Shown here: one piece after another, positions 1 through 20,769 of the stretch
Numbering within the stretch: the first letter of the stretch is position 1
How the letters are laid out: each line of letters starts with the position of its first letter
NCBI GenBank assembly: GCA_963745075.1
Contig: CAVUWV010000008.1
Span: forward strand, 416,001 to 480,000
From: Candidatus Hydrogenedentota bacterium
Lineage (GTDB): Bacteria > Hydrogenedentota > Hydrogenedentia > Hydrogenedentales > SLHB01
Reading direction: 5' to 3'
Length of the DNA stretch: 64,000 bases
Position numbers and translations under genes: made by a program
Notes under the pieces: generated by a model
The model's database searches: none
The model's input: the letters and a program-made list of their open reading frames with translations, nothing else
Told to the model about the DNA's origin: nothing

Positions 1-3585
<3,585 letters not shown>

Positions 3586-3588
3586 CGA

Positions 3589-7711
<4,123 letters not shown>

Positions 7712-7767
7712 TTCCCGGGTGCAGCGTCGGCCGGAGTTTCGCCGGCGTTCAAATAACGACGTGACGC

Positions 7768-7796
7768 TTGACATATGGGTATGCGTGTGTTAAGCT
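7768..7796 (+). promoter_or_regulatory. sigma70-type promoter of the str (rpsL) operon
   Basis: TTGACA (7768-7773), a 17-nt spacer and TAAGCT (7791-7796), upstream of rpsL. Confidence 0.75.
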
Positions 7797-7932
7797 TGCG
7801 GGCCGTTGTCTATGGGGGACAGTTGTGCCTGTAACGCAAACGTTGCGGTACGATTCCGTCCCGTGAGACGACGCGGAACCAAGGAGCTAAGGCCCTCTAC
7901 TAAAGAGGCTTAGGAGTTAAGGAGATTATCTC

Positions 7933-8358
7933 TTGCCAACCATCAACCAATTGATGCGTGGCTCGCGCAAAAAACGGGTGAGCAAGACCAAGTCGCCGGC
8001 CCTGCTGCAATGTCCGCAGGCCTCGGGAACTTGTACACGTGTGTACACGATGACCCCCAAGAAACCGAACTCGGCCCTCCGCAAAGTGGCCCGCGTCCGG
8101 CTGAAGAACGGCATCGAAGTCACCGCCTACATTCCCGGCATCGGCCATAACCTGCAAGAGCACTCGCAGGTCATGATCCGCGGCGGCCGCGTCAAAGACC
8201 TTCCCGGCGTGCGCTACCACCTCATTCGCGGCGTCCTCGACGCCACCGGCGACATGGGTGGGACGGCCAGCGCCAAAGACGATGGCGGCAAGAAGGTGCA
8301 CACCGGACGCTGGGTCAGCCGATCGAAGTACGGCGTGAAAAAGCCCAAACAGGGTTAA
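7933..8358 (+). CDS. rpsL: 30S ribosomal protein S12
   Basis: [42 protein letters not shown]. Confidence 0.98.
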   Translation: MPTINQLMRGSRKKRVSKTKSPALLQCPQASGTCTRVYTMTPKKPNSALRKVARVRLKNGIEVTAYIPGIGHNLQEHSQVMIRGGRVKDLPGVRYHLIRGVLDATGDMGGTASAKDDGGKKVHTGRWVSRSKYGVKKPKQG

Positions 8359-8374
8359 TGAGGAGCGGTGAGTA

Positions 8375-8848
8375 ATGCCACGTCGTCGTGAGGTTCCCAA
8401 GCGCCAGCCGCTTCCGGATCCAAAGTTTAAGAACGTCACCCTGACAAAATTCGTCAACACCGTCATGGTCGACGGCAAGAAGAGTATTGCCGAATCGATC
8501 GTGTACGGCGCGCTGCAGATCATTCATGGCCGCAGTCCCAACGAAGACACCATCCGGATCTTCGAAGTGGCCATCGAAAACGCGAAGCCGGTTCTGCAAG
8601 TCAAGTCGCGCCGCGTCGGCGGTTCCACCTATCAGGTGCCCGTCGAGATCCCGCCCGCGACCCGGACGGCGTTGGCCTTTCGTTGGATTATTGAGTTTGC
8701 CCGCAAACGCGGCGAGAAGTCCATGGAAGAACGTCTCGCGGGCGAGTTGCTGGACTGCTTTAACAAGACCGGCAACACCATTAAACGGCGCGAAGATACG
8801 CATCGGATGGCCGAGGCCAACAAAGCCTTTGCCCACCTCCGTTATTGA
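8375..8848 (+). CDS. rpsG: 30S ribosomal protein S7
   Basis: [28 protein letters not shown]. Confidence 0.98.
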   Translation: MPRRREVPKRQPLPDPKFKNVTLTKFVNTVMVDGKKSIAESIVYGALQIIHGRSPNEDTIRIFEVAIENAKPVLQVKSRRVGGSTYQVPVEIPPATRTALAFRWIIEFARKRGEKSMEERLAGELLDCFNKTGNTIKRREDTHRMAEANKAFAHLRY

Positions 8849-9132
8849 GCTAGGCTCGGTTTTCTTCAGAGCCCACTCCTAGTTGATAGCCGGATTAGTT
8901 TTGCCACCATGCCCTTGCGCAACGCAAAGGAGCGCGAGGGGTTTGTGTTGTGATTATGCCCCGTCGGTTTTCCAGGACGCGGTCGCGTCGCGGGGCCGGG
9001 ATGTGAAGGACACAGGTTAGATACTCGAAATGAACCGCATGTATACATATCGCAAACAGTCGCCCGCGGCCCCCGTCGTGGAAACCGGCTTTGTAACGCA
9101 CGCCTGCCGTGGGTTGAAAAGGGGGCGGTTCC

Positions 9133-11236
9133 ATGTCTAAGCGCCGCTACACCCTGAACAAAACCCGCAATATCGGCATCATGGCCCATATCGACGCGGG
9201 CAAGACCACCGTCACCGAACGGATCCTGTTCTACTCCGGGCGCCTCCATCGCGTCGGCGAAGTGCACGAAGGCACCGCCACCATGGACTACATGGCCCAG
9301 GAACGCGAACGCGGCATCACCATTACCTCCGCCGCCACCGCCTGCGAGTGGAAAGAGCACCGGATCAATATCATCGATACCCCCGGCCACGTGGACTTCA
9401 CCGCTGAAGTCGAACGAAGCCTCCGCGTGCTCGACGGAGCCGTCGCCGTATTCTGTGCCGTTGCCGGCGTCCAGCCCCAGTCCGAGACCGTCTGGCGCCA
9501 GGCCGACAAGTACGGCGTCCCCCGGATCGCGTTCATCAACAAGATGGACCGCGTCGGCGCCGACTTCAATCGCGCCGTGAACACCATGCGCGAACGGCTC
9601 GGCGCCCGCGCAGTGCCCTTGCACATTCCCATCGGCGCCGAAGACTCGTTCCGCGGCGTCATCGACATCGTCGCCATGCGCGCCGTCGAATGGCGGGGCG
9701 AAGGTATTGCCACGGAAATGGTCGAAATCCCCATTCCGGACGACATGAACGATGCCGTCGAAACGGCCCGGCACGACGCCATCGCGGCCGCTGCCGAATG
9801 CGACGAAGCCCTCATGGAGAAATACGTCCTCGAAGAGGAAATCTCCACCGAAGAAATGAAGGCCGCCCTCCGCAAAGGCACCATCGGCAACCTCATATGT
9901 CCCGTGTTCGCCGGCACCGCCCTCAAGAACAAAGGCACGCGCCTCCTCCTCGACGCCGTCATCGACTATCTGCCCTCGCCCGTCGACGTCGCGTCCGTCG
10001 TCGGCATGGACCCCGGTTCCGAACAAAAAGAAATCGAACGCAAACCCAGCGACGACGAACCCTTTGCCGGTCTCGCCTTCAAGATCCTGACCGATCCGCA
10101 CGTCGGCCGCTTGACCTTCGTGCGCGTCTACTCCGGCATCGTAAAATCGGGCGACATGGTGCTCAACGTCCGCACCGGCCGCAAGGAACGCCTGGGCCGG
10201 CTCCTCGAAATGCACGCCGACCAGCGCATCGATTTGACCGAACTGCGCGCCGGCGACATCGGCGCCGTCATCGGCGCGAAAAACACCACCACCGGCGACA
10301 CCCTGTGCGACCCGAAAAAACCCGTCGCCCTCATGGCAGTGACGTTCCCGGATCCGGTGGTCCATATCGCCATCGAACCCAAAACCAAGGCCGACCAGGA
10401 CAAATTGTCCGACGCCTTGAACAAACTGAGTGAAGAAGACCCCACCTTCCGCGTCCGGGCCGACGAAGAAACCGGCCAGACCATTATCGCGGGTATGGGC
10501 GAACTGCACCTCGACATCATCGTCGACCGCATGCGGCGCGAATTCAACGTCCACGCCAACGTCGGCAAGCCCATGGTCGCCTACCGCGAATCCATCCGCA
10601 AGCGTGCGGAAGCCCAAGGCAAATTCGTCCGCCAGAGCGGCGGTCGCGGCCAATACGGCCACGTCGTCCTCGCCATCGAGCCGGGCGAACCCGGTTCCGG
10701 ATTTACCTTCGAAAACCAAAGCGTCGGCGGCGTGGTTCCCAAAGAATACTTCAATTCCGTCGAGCGCGGCGCCAAGGAAGCCCTCGAAAGCGGCATCGTC
10801 GCCGGCTATCCCATGGTCGACATCAAAGTGACGCTTGCTGGACGGTTCGTACCACGAGGTCGACTCCTCGGAAATGGCCTTCCAGACCGCCGCATCCATG
10901 GGCGTCAAGGCCGCCGTGCCCAAGGCCCGGCCGGTCCTGCTCGAGCCCGTCATGAAGGTCGAAGTGGTCTGCCCCGACGAATACACCGGCGACGTAATCG
11001 GCGACTTCAACGGCCGCCGCGGCCGCCTTGACACGCATGGAACAGGTTGGCGCGGTGCGCAAGCTGTTCAGCCTTCGTGCCCTCTCGCCGAGATGTTCGG
11101 ATACGCCAACGATATCCGTTCCCGGACCCAGGGCCGCGCCTCGTACAGCATGGAATTCGCCCAGTACGAACCAGTGCCGCCCAGTATTGCAAACGAAATC
11201 ATGGAACGTTCGGGAAGTTCGTTCCGGTTTAGTTGA
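9133..11236 (+). CDS. fusA: Elongation factor G; apparent frameshifts near 10835 and 11030-11085
   Basis: [63 protein letters not shown]. Confidence 0.97.
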
Positions 11237-11301
11237 GTTTGAATCGTAGTGACAGGATTCCGGCGCGGTGGCCGCGTCGATGAGAGTGCAAGGAGAGAAC
11301 C

Positions 11302-12499
<1,198 letters not shown>

Positions 12500-12581
12500 C
12501 GTAACCAACCAACGGTTGAAGTAGTAAACTGTATTGCGATGCGCCACGACGCAACGTGGCCCAGGCAGGTGGAGACATACA

Positions 12582-12895
12582 ATGGCGGACAGCCAGAAGA
12601 TTCGAATCAAACTGCGGGCGTACGATCATCGGCTGCTGGATCAGTCGACCCAGGAAATCGTCTCGGCCGCACAGCGCACGGGCGCCAGCATCAACGGACC
12701 CGATTCCGCTGCCGACCGCCCTGTCGAAGTATACGGTCAACCGCTCCCCGCACGTCGACAAGAAGTCGCGGGAGCAGTTTGAAGTGCGCACGCACAAACG
12801 GCTGTTGGACATTGTCGAACCCCACGGCCCAAACCGTGGACGCGCTCATGCGGCTGGACCTTCCGGCGGGTGTGGATGTGGAGATCAAGCAGTAG
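12582..12895 (+). CDS. rpsJ: 30S ribosomal protein S10, frameshifted
   Basis: [30 protein letters not shown] and [12 protein letters not shown] occur in successive frames. Confidence 0.95.
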
Positions 12896-12948
12896 GAGCG
12901 GTACGGCGGCACGGCGCGGCGGATACCGCTGAATAGGGATAGGCAACA

Positions 12949-13589
12949 ATGCTAACGGGATTGTTAGGACGAAAGCTGGGCATGACCCGGATCTTCACGG
13001 AGGATGGCCGCTGGGTTGAAGTGACCTTGCTCGAAGCGGGTCCCTGCACGGTCGTGCAGCGCAAAACGCAAGACCACCGACGGCTACGAAGCCGTGCAGC
13101 TTGGTTTCGGCGACCAAGAAAGAAAAGCGCTGCACCAAACCCGAACTGGGGCACTTCAAAAAGTCCGAGCGTCGACCCGCAAGGCCACGCTGCGCGAATT
13201 CCCGATCGCCGGCGACACGAACTCAAAGCCGGTGACGAAGTGAAGGCCGACCTGTTCGACGTCGGCGACCACATCGACGTCAGCGGCACCAGCAAAGGCG
13301 CCGGGTTTGCCGGCGTCCATCAAGCGCCACGGCTTCGGCGGCGGACCCGGCGCCCACGGCTCGAATTTCCACCGTGCGCCCGGCTCCATCGGCCCCAGCG
13401 CCGACGCCGTCCCGGACCCTGAAAGGCACCAAGTTGCCCGGCCAGATGGGCAACGTCCGCGTGACCGCCCAAAACCTCGAAGTGGTCCAGGTCAATGCCG
13501 AAAAGAATTTGATCGCGGTGCGCGGCTGCGTGCCCGGAAAGCCCGGCCGCGTGGTGGAACTCAAGAAAAGCGTGAAAGGATCGCGTTAG
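12949..13589 (+). CDS. rplC: 50S ribosomal protein L3, frameshifted
   Basis: GLLGRKLGMTRIF, DVSGTSKG, HRAPGSIG, KLPGQMGN; expected position in the S10 operon. Confidence 0.95.
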
Positions 13590-13591
13590 TC

Positions 13592-14219
13592 ATGGCTTCG
13601 GCGAAAGTATTCAAGATGGACGGCAGCGACGCCGGCACGCTGGAACTCGACGGCGCCGTGTTCGACGTCGAACCCAACGCCACGCTCGTACACGACGTGG
13701 TCGTGGCCCTTCGCAACGCCCAGCGTCAGGGCAACGCGGTGAGTCAAGAATCGCAGTGCAGTCAGCGGCGGCGGCAAGAAGCCCTACCGCCAGAAAGGCA
13801 CCGGCACCGCCCGGCACGGCAGCAGCCGCGAACCCCAAATGCGGGGCGGCGGCGTTGTCTGGGGACCGCGCAAACGCAGTTACCGCCAGAAGGTGCCCAC
13901 CGCGTTCCGCCGCAAGGCCCTCTGTTGCGCGTTGAGCGACTGCCTCCGGTCCGACGCCTTGTACGTGTTGGACTCGCTGGCCTGCGAACTGCCCAAAACA
14001 AAACCGTTTGCCGAAATGCTTGGCAAACTGTCTCCGGACGGCAAGAAGACCCTGTTTGTCACGGTCGAAACCGACGACAACGTGGCCTTGTCCGCACGGA
14101 ATCTGAATCGCGTGGGGCTTAAAACCGCGAGCGATCTAAATGCGTTAGATGTGATGAATTACGGCCGCGTCGTGCTCGTCCGCGACGCCGTCGCCAAGCT
14201 CGAGGAGCGCCTCAAATGA
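13592..14219 (+). CDS. rplD: 50S ribosomal protein L4, frameshift near 13745
   Basis: RQGNA, SGGGKKPYRQKGTGTARHGS, RGGGVVWGP, ALSARNL. Confidence 0.95.
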
Positions 14220-14503
14220 AATCCGATCCGTTTTACATCGTCCGGAGGCCCATCATCACCGAAGAATCGACCATCCAGACGCAATCGCGCAATCAATACG
14301 TGTTTCACGTCGATCCACGCGCCAATAAACACCAGATTCGGGATGCCATCGAGCAGATGTTTCAGGTGAAGGTCGTCTCCGTGAACACCATGAACTACGT
14401 GGGCAAGCAGCGCCGTCGCGGCCGCACCGTTGGACGCCGGCCGCACTGGAAGAAAGCGATCGTCACGCTGCGTCCGGGCGACGCGATCGACCTGATCGGG
14501 TAG
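14216..14503 (+). CDS. rplW: 50S ribosomal protein L23
   Basis: [30 protein letters not shown]. Confidence 0.97.
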   Translation: MKSDPFYIVRRPIITEESTIQTQSRNQYVFHVDPRANKHQIRDAIEQMFQVKVVSVNTMNYVGKQRRRGRTVGRRPHWKKAIVTLRPGDAIDLIG

Positions 14504-14517
14504 GAGTCGTAGGGATT

Positions 14518-15345
14518 ATGGGAATCAAGAAGTTCAAGCCGTTGACACCGTCCCAGCGCGGGATGAGTGTGTCCGACTTTGCCGAGATTACAAAGGACAA
14601 GCCCGAAAAGGCCTTGACCGCGCCCATGAAGCGCAAGTCCGGCCGCAACAACCACGGCCGCATCACCATGCGCCGACGAGGTGGCGGCCACAAACGCCGC
14701 TATCGCGTCCTCGACTTCCGCCGCGAAAAAGACGGCGTCCCGTGCAAGGTCTCGGCCATCGAATACGATCCGAACCGGTCCGCGCGTATCGCCCTCGTCG
14801 TCTACGCCGACGGCGAAAAACGCTACATCCTCGCGCCGCGCGGCCTCGAAGTCGGCATGACGCTTCAGAGCGGCGTCGGCGCGGATTTTCAGGTCGGCAA
14901 CTGCCTGCCCCTGGCCAATATCCCCCTCGGGACCGAAATTCACAACGTCGAACTGACCCCCGGCAAGGGCGGCCAGATCGCGCGCTCCGCCGGAAACGGC
15001 TGCCAGTTGCTGGCCAAAGAAGGCGAACACGCCGCGTTGCGGCTGCCCTCCGGCGAAATGCGCCGCGTCTTCCTGTCCTGCCGCGCCACCATTGGAAACG
15101 TCGGCAACGAAGACCACAGCAACATCAGCATCGGGAAAGCCGGCCGCACACGCTGGAAAGGCCGCCGTCCGAAAGTCCGCGGCGTTGTCATGAACCCGGT
15201 GGACCACCCCCACGGCGGCGGTGAAGGCCGCACCTCAGGGGGCCGCCACCCCGTGACCCCGTGGGGCGTTCCCACCAAGGGACACAAGACGCGTAAGCAG
15301 AAGAAACGTTCGAACGTTTTCATCATTCGTCGGCGCAAGCCCTGA
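14518..15345 (+). CDS. rplB: 50S ribosomal protein L2
   Basis: [35 protein letters not shown]. Confidence 0.98.
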   Translation: MGIKKFKPLTPSQRGMSVSDFAEITKDKPEKALTAPMKRKSGRNNHGRITMRRRGGGHKRRYRVLDFRREKDGVPCKVSAIEYDPNRSARIALVVYADGEKRYILAPRGLEVGMTLQSGVGADFQVGNCLPLANIPLGTEIHNVELTPGKGGQIARSAGNGCQLLAKEGEHAALRLPSGEMRRVFLSCRATIGNVGNEDHSNISIGKAGRTRWKGRRPKVRGVVMNPVDHPHGGGEGRTSGGRHPVTPWGVPTKGHKTRKQKKRSNVFIIRRRKP

Positions 15346-15404
15346 CCGGCTTTGCGCAGGCCACGCCCGGCAGTGTGCCGGGCCGTAGATAGGAGATTGA
15401 CACC

Positions 15405-15671
15405 GTGCCACGCTCAGTGAAGAAAGGCCCGTTCGTCGACGACCACCTCATGAAAAAGGTGGAGAAGCACATGTCGTCGGGCGACAAACGCGTGATCCGG
15501 ACCTGGTCGCGCCGCTCGACCGTGACCCCTGAAATGGTGGGCCTCACGATCGCGGTTCACAACGGCAACAAGTTCCTCCCCGTGTTCGTCTCGGAAAACA
15601 TGGTGGGGCACAAACTGGGCGAGTTCGCCCCCACGCGTACCTACCGAGGGCACGCGGGCGGCAAGAAATAG
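15405..15671 (+). CDS. rpsS: 30S ribosomal protein S19
   Basis: [27 protein letters not shown]. Confidence 0.98.
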   Translation: MPRSVKKGPFVDDHLMKKVEKHMSSGDKRVIRTWSRRSTVTPEMVGLTIAVHNGNKFLPVFVSENMVGHKLGEFAPTRTYRGHAGGKK

Positions 15672-15687
15672 AAAGGGAGGTTGACCA

Positions 15688-16083
15688 ATGCCGGTAGCAG
15701 TGGCACGGGCCAGACATCTGCGCGTCTCTCCGCGTAAATTGCGGTTGGTAGCCGACCTGATTCGTGGCAAGAGCGTCGCCGAAGCGCGCGACATTCTGCA
15801 GTTCACGATCAAAGGCGGATCGCCCTTGTTGTCAAAGGTGCTCGCCTCGGCCGTGGCCAACGCCGAAAGCAAAGCCGCCGAAAAGCGCGAACGCCTCGAC
15901 ACAGACGAGATGGTCATCTCGAAGATTATGGTCAATGACGGCCTTACGATGAAACGGTTCCGCTCCGCGCCCCGAAGCCGCGCGGTGAAGATCCGCAAAC
16001 GTATCAGCCACGTGGAATTGGTAATTTCGGATAAAGTAAGTAGGGACCGGCCGCGCATCGGCGCGACACCATCCCGCACCTAA
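15688..16083 (+). CDS. rplV: 50S ribosomal protein L22
   Basis: [31 protein letters not shown]. Confidence 0.96.
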   Translation: MPVAVARARHLRVSPRKLRLVADLIRGKSVAEARDILQFTIKGGSPLLSKVLASAVANAESKAAEKRERLDTDEMVISKIMVNDGLTMKRFRSAPRSRAVKIRKRISHVELVISDKVSRDRPRIGATPSRT

Positions 16084-16094
16084 GGAGAACATCG

Positions 16095-16790
16095 GTGGGT
16101 CAGAAGGTACATCCGCTGGGCTTTCGCCTGGGCGTGATCCGCACCTGGAGTTCGATCTGGTACGCCGGACGCGACTACGCGGATCTGCTCCATGAAGATT
16201 TGAAGCTGCGCGACTACATCAAAAAGCGGCTGTACAACACCGGTGTGGCCCGCGTCGACATCGAACGCGCCGGCCGCAAGGCCAAAGTGCACATTTTCAC
16301 CGCGCGCCCCGGTCTGGTCATCGGCCAGCGCGGATCGGAAGTCGACAAGCTTCGCTTCGAACTCGAGAAGCTGACCGGCCGTGAACTGCTCATCAACATT
16401 CACGAAGTCGTCAGCCCCGAACTCAACGCCCAGCTCGTCGCCGAGAACATCGCGTCCCAATTGGAGCGCCGCGTCTCCTTCCGCCGGGCCATGAAAAAGG
16501 CCATGCAGAACACCATGCGCCTCGGCGCCAAGGGGATTCGTCTCCGCGTGGCCGGCCGCCTGAACGGCGCCGAAATCGCTCGTCAGGAGCAGGCCCGCGA
16601 CGGCAGCATCCCGCTCCATACCCTGCGGGCGGACGTGGACTACGGACTGGCCACCAGCTTCACGACCTACGGAACCATCGGCGTGAAATGCTGGATTTAC
16701 CACGGCGACGTGGAGCCCGGTGGCATGGCCTCCGGCCCCGCCGACGCCCGTGGAGTGCAGGGACGCCGCGACCGCGGCCCCCGGCAGTAA
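16095..16790 (+). CDS. rpsC: 30S ribosomal protein S3
   Basis: [44 protein letters not shown]. Confidence 0.98.
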   Translation: MGQKVHPLGFRLGVIRTWSSIWYAGRDYADLLHEDLKLRDYIKKRLYNTGVARVDIERAGRKAKVHIFTARPGLVIGQRGSEVDKLRFELEKLTGRELLINIHEVVSPELNAQLVAENIASQLERRVSFRRAMKKAMQNTMRLGAKGIRLRVAGRLNGAEIARQEQARDGSIPLHTLRADVDYGLATSFTTYGTIGVKCWIYHGDVEPGGMASGPADARGVQGRRDRGPRQ

Positions 16791-16808
16791 TCGAGGAGAA
16801 TCAGTACC

Positions 16809-17216
16809 ATGCTGATGCCGAAACGAGTGAAGCACCGCAAACAGCAACGCGGCCGCCGGACGGGCGCAAGCAAAGGCGGAACGAATGTCGACTTTGGCGA
16901 ATACGGTTTGAAGGCCGATCAGGACGGATGGATCACCGCCCGTCAGATCGAGGCCGCCCGTATCGCCCTGACCCGCCACATTAAACGCGGCGGGAAAATC
17001 TGGATTCGCGTCTTCCCGGACAAGCCCATTACCAAGAAGCCCGCGGAAGTTCGCATGGGTAAAGGCAAAGGCGCCCCCGAAGAATGGGTCGCCGTGGTCA
17101 AGCCCGGCCGCGTCATGTTCGAACTCGAGGGCGTCAGCGAAGATCTGGCCCGCGAAGCCGTGCGCTTGGCGGGGCACAAACTGCCCATCGCGACCCGGTT
17201 CGTGAAGCGGCCCTAA
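16809..17216 (+). CDS. rplP: 50S ribosomal protein L16
   Basis: [30 protein letters not shown]. Confidence 0.98.
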   Translation: MLMPKRVKHRKQQRGRRTGASKGGTNVDFGEYGLKADQDGWITARQIEAARIALTRHIKRGGKIWIRVFPDKPITKKPAEVRMGKGKGAPEEWVAVVKPGRVMFELEGVSEDLAREAVRLAGHKLPIATRFVKRP

Positions 17217-17232
17217 GGCACGGAGAACTGAA

Positions 17233-17442
17233 GTGAGAGCGAGAGAATTTCGAGAGCTGTCCGACGAGGAACTCGGCCAGCAGTTGAAAGATCGGAGCGA
17301 AGCGCTTCGAAATTTCCATTTTCAAATGGCCACAAGTTCCGTGGACAACACCCGCGGCGCCCGTCAGGCGCGCCGGGACGTCGCACGGATCAGGACAATC
17401 ATGCGGGAGCGGGAGCTGGCCGCGAAGAAAGAGGCTATCTAG
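17233..17442 (+). CDS. rpmC: 50S ribosomal protein L29
   Basis: Size, position between rplP and rpsQ, and RRDVARIRT. Confidence 0.95.
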   Translation: MRAREFRELSDEELGQQLKDRSEALRNFHFQMATSSVDNTRGARQARRDVARIRTIMRERELAAKKEAI

Positions 17443-17443
17443 C

Positions 17444-17701
17444 ATGCAGGAACGCGGCGCCAGGAAAGAACGGGTCGGTGTAGTCACAAGCACGGCCATG
17501 GACAAGACCATCACGGTCAGCGTGGAACGTTTCGTACAGCATCGCCTGTACAAAAAGGGCGTGAAGCAAACGAAAAAATTCAAAGCCCACGACGGAGAAA
17601 ACTCCTGCAACGTGGGGGATTTGGTCCGGATTCGCGAAACCCGCCCCGTCAGTAAGACCAAGCGGTGGCGCCTGATCGAAGTCGTCAAACGCGCCGAGTA
17701 A
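17444..17701 (+). CDS. rpsQ: 30S ribosomal protein S17
   Basis: [29 protein letters not shown]. Confidence 0.97.
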   Translation: MQERGARKERVGVVTSTAMDKTITVSVERFVQHRLYKKGVKQTKKFKAHDGENSCNVGDLVRIRETRPVSKTKRWRLIEVVKRAE

Positions 17702-17721
17702 CCGGTGAGGAAACGAAGTCC

Positions 17722-18090
17722 ATGATTCAGATTTATTCCAATCTCGAAGTTGCCGATAACACCGGTGCCAGACGCCTTCGCTGCATCCAGGTGATGGGCG
17801 GAACCCGCCGGCGCTACGCCCACGTCGGCGACATCATCACCGCCTCCGTCAAAGAGGCGCTCCCCAATTCCGGCGTGAAAAAAGGCGACGTGGTCAAAGC
17901 CGTCATCGTGCGGACCAAACAGGACACCCAACGGCCCGACGGAACGATCATTCGCTTCGATTCCAACGCGGCCGTCTTGATCAATCCGAACAAGGAGCCG
18001 CGCGGCACCCGTATTTTCGGGCCCGTTCCGCGCGAACTTCGCGACCGTGGCTACATGCGAATCATTTCGCTGGCCCCGGAAGTCGTATAG
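17722..18090 (+). CDS. rplN: 50S ribosomal protein L14
   Basis: [37 protein letters not shown]. Confidence 0.98.
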   Translation: MIQIYSNLEVADNTGARRLRCIQVMGGTRRRYAHVGDIITASVKEALPNSGVKKGDVVKAVIVRTKQDTQRPDGTIIRFDSNAAVLINPNKEPRGTRIFGPVPRELRDRGYMRIISLAPEVV

Positions 18091-18102
18091 GGGTACGAGA
18101 CG

Positions 18103-18417
18103 ATGCACATTCAAAAAGGCGATACGGTGGTCGTGATCACCGGCAAATACAAGGGCCGCCGCGGCCGCGTGCTCCGCGTCATGCCCAAAGAGGATCGTCT
18201 CGTCGTGGAAGGCGTCAACATGATGAAACGCCATACCAAGCCGGGCAACCGCAACCAGCAGGGCGGGATCGTCGAACGCGAAGCCCCCATCCACATCTCC
18301 AATGTGATGGCGTGGTGCGCCTCCGCGAGCAGACCCTCCAAGATTCAGGTGCGAAAACTCGAAGACGGATCCCGGGTCCGAATCTACAAGGTTAACGGCG
18401 AAACGTTGACCGATTAG
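18103..18417 (+). CDS. rplX: 50S ribosomal protein L24
   Basis: KGDTVVVITGKYKG, VEGVN, EAPIHISNV. Confidence 0.97.
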   Translation: MHIQKGDTVVVITGKYKGRRGRVLRVMPKEDRLVVEGVNMMKRHTKPGNRNQQGGIVEREAPIHISNVMAWCASASRPSKIQVRKLEDGSRVRIYKVNGETLTD

Positions 18418-18503
18418 TTAAACGCAGTTTCACGAACGATCGGTGCGATCCCGTCGCGGCAATGCAACAACAAGCGGGACGCTCCGGCAGGAGAACAACT
18501 ACC

Positions 18504-19049
18504 GTGGCCGCCAGACTGAAAGAACTATACGCAACGAAGATCCTCCCCGAAATGCGGGAGCAGTTTAAGTACGAAAACACCATGCAGGTGCCCCACGTCG
18601 AGAAAATCGTCGTCAACATGGGCGTGGGCGACGGCCAATCCGACCCCCGCATGATGGAAGCCGCCGTGACGGAACTGACCGCGATTACGGGGCAGAAGCC
18701 CAGCATTCGCAAAGCGCGCAAGTCCATCGCGAACTTCAAAGTCCGCGAAGGCGCCAACATCGGCTGCATGGTCACCCTGCGCGGCGCGCGCATGTACGAA
18801 TTCATGGATCGCCTCCTGAACGTGGCGATCCCCCGTATCCGCGACTTTCGCGGCGTGTCGCCCAAGGCCTTCGACAAGTTCGGAAACTATACCCTGGGCA
18901 TCCGGGAACAGACCATCTTCCCGGAAGTGGATATCGACGCCGTCACCCGCGTCCGCGGGATGAACGTTACGTTCGTCGTTTCCAACGCGCGGTCCGCCGA
19001 CGAAAGCAGAGAGCTGTTGCGTAAATTTGGAATGCCGTTCCGCGCCTGA
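18504..19049 (+). CDS. rplE: 50S ribosomal protein L5
   Basis: KIVVNMGVG, ITGQKP, PRIRDFRG, GNYTLG; GTG start after a GGAG RBS. Confidence 0.98.
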   Translation: MAARLKELYATKILPEMREQFKYENTMQVPHVEKIVVNMGVGDGQSDPRMMEAAVTELTAITGQKPSIRKARKSIANFKVREGANIGCMVTLRGARMYEFMDRLLNVAIPRIRDFRGVSPKAFDKFGNYTLGIREQTIFPEVDIDAVTRVRGMNVTFVVSNARSADESRELLRKFGMPFRA

Positions 19050-19088
19050 TGCGCACGGCGCCGCCCGCTTCGGGCTTAGGAGAGTATT

Positions 19089-19274
19089 GTGGCGAAGAAG
19101 TCGATGATTGCAAAGACCAAACGGACGCCCAAATTCAAGGTGCGCGGCTACAACCGCTGCCGCTTGTGCGGCCGTCCCCGAAGCTACATGCGTAAGTTCG
19201 GGATCTGCCGGATTTGCTTCCGGAAGCTCGCCCTCGAAGGGCTGCTCCCGGGCGTAACCAAATCCAGTTGGTAA
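19089..19274 (+). CDS. rpsN: 30S ribosomal protein S14, short Zn-binding type Z
   Basis: 61 aa with RCRLCGRPR and ICRICFR. Confidence 0.97.
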   Translation: MAKKSMIAKTKRTPKFKVRGYNRCRLCGRPRSYMRKFGICRICFRKLALEGLLPGVTKSSW

Positions 19275-19324
19275 ACGACGCCCCAAGGCGTGGTCTCTAG
19301 AGCAGGAAAAAAGGAAACGAACCC

Positions 19325-19723
19325 ATGTCGATGAGCGACCCGATCGCAGATTTGCTGACGCGGATACGCAACGGACTCTCCGCCCGGCACGACCGCGTGG
19401 ACATGCCCGCTTCGCGCTTAAAAGAACAGATCTGTGCCGTGCTGCAGCAAGAAGGCTACATCGCCGGCTACAAACTCGTGGAGGACGCCAAACAGGGCAT
19501 CCTCCAAGTCAGCCTGCGCTATCTGGAAGACCAGAAACCCGTCGTCCGCGGGATGCGCCGCGTGAGCAAACCCAGTCTCCGCGTCTACGTCAAGAGCGAC
19601 GAGATTCGCCCGGTTCGCAGCGGCCTCGGAATCTCCATCCTCAGCACTTCCAAGGGCGTCATGACCGGCAAGCAAGCGCGCGACGGTAAAATGGGCGGTG
19701 AATTACTTTGCGAGGTCTGGTAG
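19325..19723 (+). CDS. rpsH: 30S ribosomal protein S8
   Basis: DPIADLLTRIRN, SKPSLRVY, STSKGVM, GGELLCEVW. Confidence 0.98.
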   Translation: MSMSDPIADLLTRIRNGLSARHDRVDMPASRLKEQICAVLQQEGYIAGYKLVEDAKQGILQVSLRYLEDQKPVVRGMRRVSKPSLRVYVKSDEIRPVRSGLGISILSTSKGVMTGKQARDGKMGGELLCEVW

Positions 19724-19753
19724 ACCTCGCCGTTGACGAAAGGAACCTAGACC

Positions 19754-20293
19754 GTGTCGAGAGTAGGGAAACTACCGGTAACCATTCCGGACGGAGTGAA
19801 ATGCGAACTCAAAGGTTCGCACCTGAAGGTCACCGGCCCGAAAGGTACGCTGGAGCGCACGCTCAGCCCGGAAATGAAGATCGCGATCGACGGGAACGGC
19901 ATCACCGTCGCCCGTCCCTCGGATCAACCCGGGCATCGTGCCACACACGGCCTGACCCGCGCCCTGATTCAGAACATGGTGACCGGCGTGACCGACGGGT
20001 ACATCAAGACCCTCGTCATTAACGGCGTCGGCTATCGTGCCGCCATGCAGGGCAAAGAGTTGAGCCTGTCCGTCGGATATAGCCACCCCGTGTCGCTCGC
20101 CCCGCCCGCCGGCATCACCTTCAGTGTCGACGGCACCCAGACCATCAAAGTCGAAGGGATCGACAAACAATTGGTGGGCCAAGTCGCGGCCAACGTCCGC
20201 GCGTGGCGCAAACCCGAACCCTACAAGGGCAAGGGCATCCGCTATGAGAACGAACAGATTCGCCGCAAGGTCGGTAAGGCCGGCGCGAAGTAA
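19754..20293 (+). CDS. rplF: 50S ribosomal protein L6
   Basis: MSRVGKLPV, GVGYRA, PEPYKGKGIRY. Confidence 0.98.
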   Translation: MSRVGKLPVTIPDGVKCELKGSHLKVTGPKGTLERTLSPEMKIAIDGNGITVARPSDQPGHRATHGLTRALIQNMVTGVTDGYIKTLVINGVGYRAAMQGKELSLSVGYSHPVSLAPPAGITFSVDGTQTIKVEGIDKQLVGQVAANVRAWRKPEPYKGKGIRYENEQIRRKVGKAGAK

Positions 20294-20318
20294 TATCGCC
20301 AGGGAGAGTTGAGCGCAC

Positions 20319-20672
20319 ATGAATACTCGGCATGAAAAAATCGACCGCTTGGCACGGCGCCGCTTGCGCGTGCGGAAGTCCATCAGCGGAACCACCGAAC
20401 GGCCCCGGCTGACGGTGCGGTCCACGCTGAAGCACATTTACGCCCAAGTCATCGACGATACCACCGGCAAGACCTTGGCGTCCGCCTCCTCCGTGTCTCT
20501 GAAAATCACCGGAGGAAACGTCGACGCCGCCAAGACCGTCGGCAAAGCCCTGGCGGAAAGCGCCAAATCGGCCTCCGTCAAACAGGTCTGCTTCGACCGG
20601 AACGGCCGCTTGTATCACGGGCGCGTCAAGGCCTTGGCCGACGCCGCCCGCGAAGGTGGATTGGAATTCTAA
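20319..20672 (+). CDS. rplR: 50S ribosomal protein L18
   Basis: [39 protein letters not shown]. Confidence 0.98.
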   Translation: MNTRHEKIDRLARRRLRVRKSISGTTERPRLTVRSTLKHIYAQVIDDTTGKTLASASSVSLKITGGNVDAAKTVGKALAESAKSASVKQVCFDRNGRLYHGRVKALADAAREGGLEF

Positions 20673-20769
20673 TAGAACGGGTCAATGGCCGGAGGAACCG
20701 GCCGGGAAACGGAACCAGAGTAGAAGGCCGCCAAACGCATTCAGCGCAAGCGCGGCCGGGAGAGCGAGG

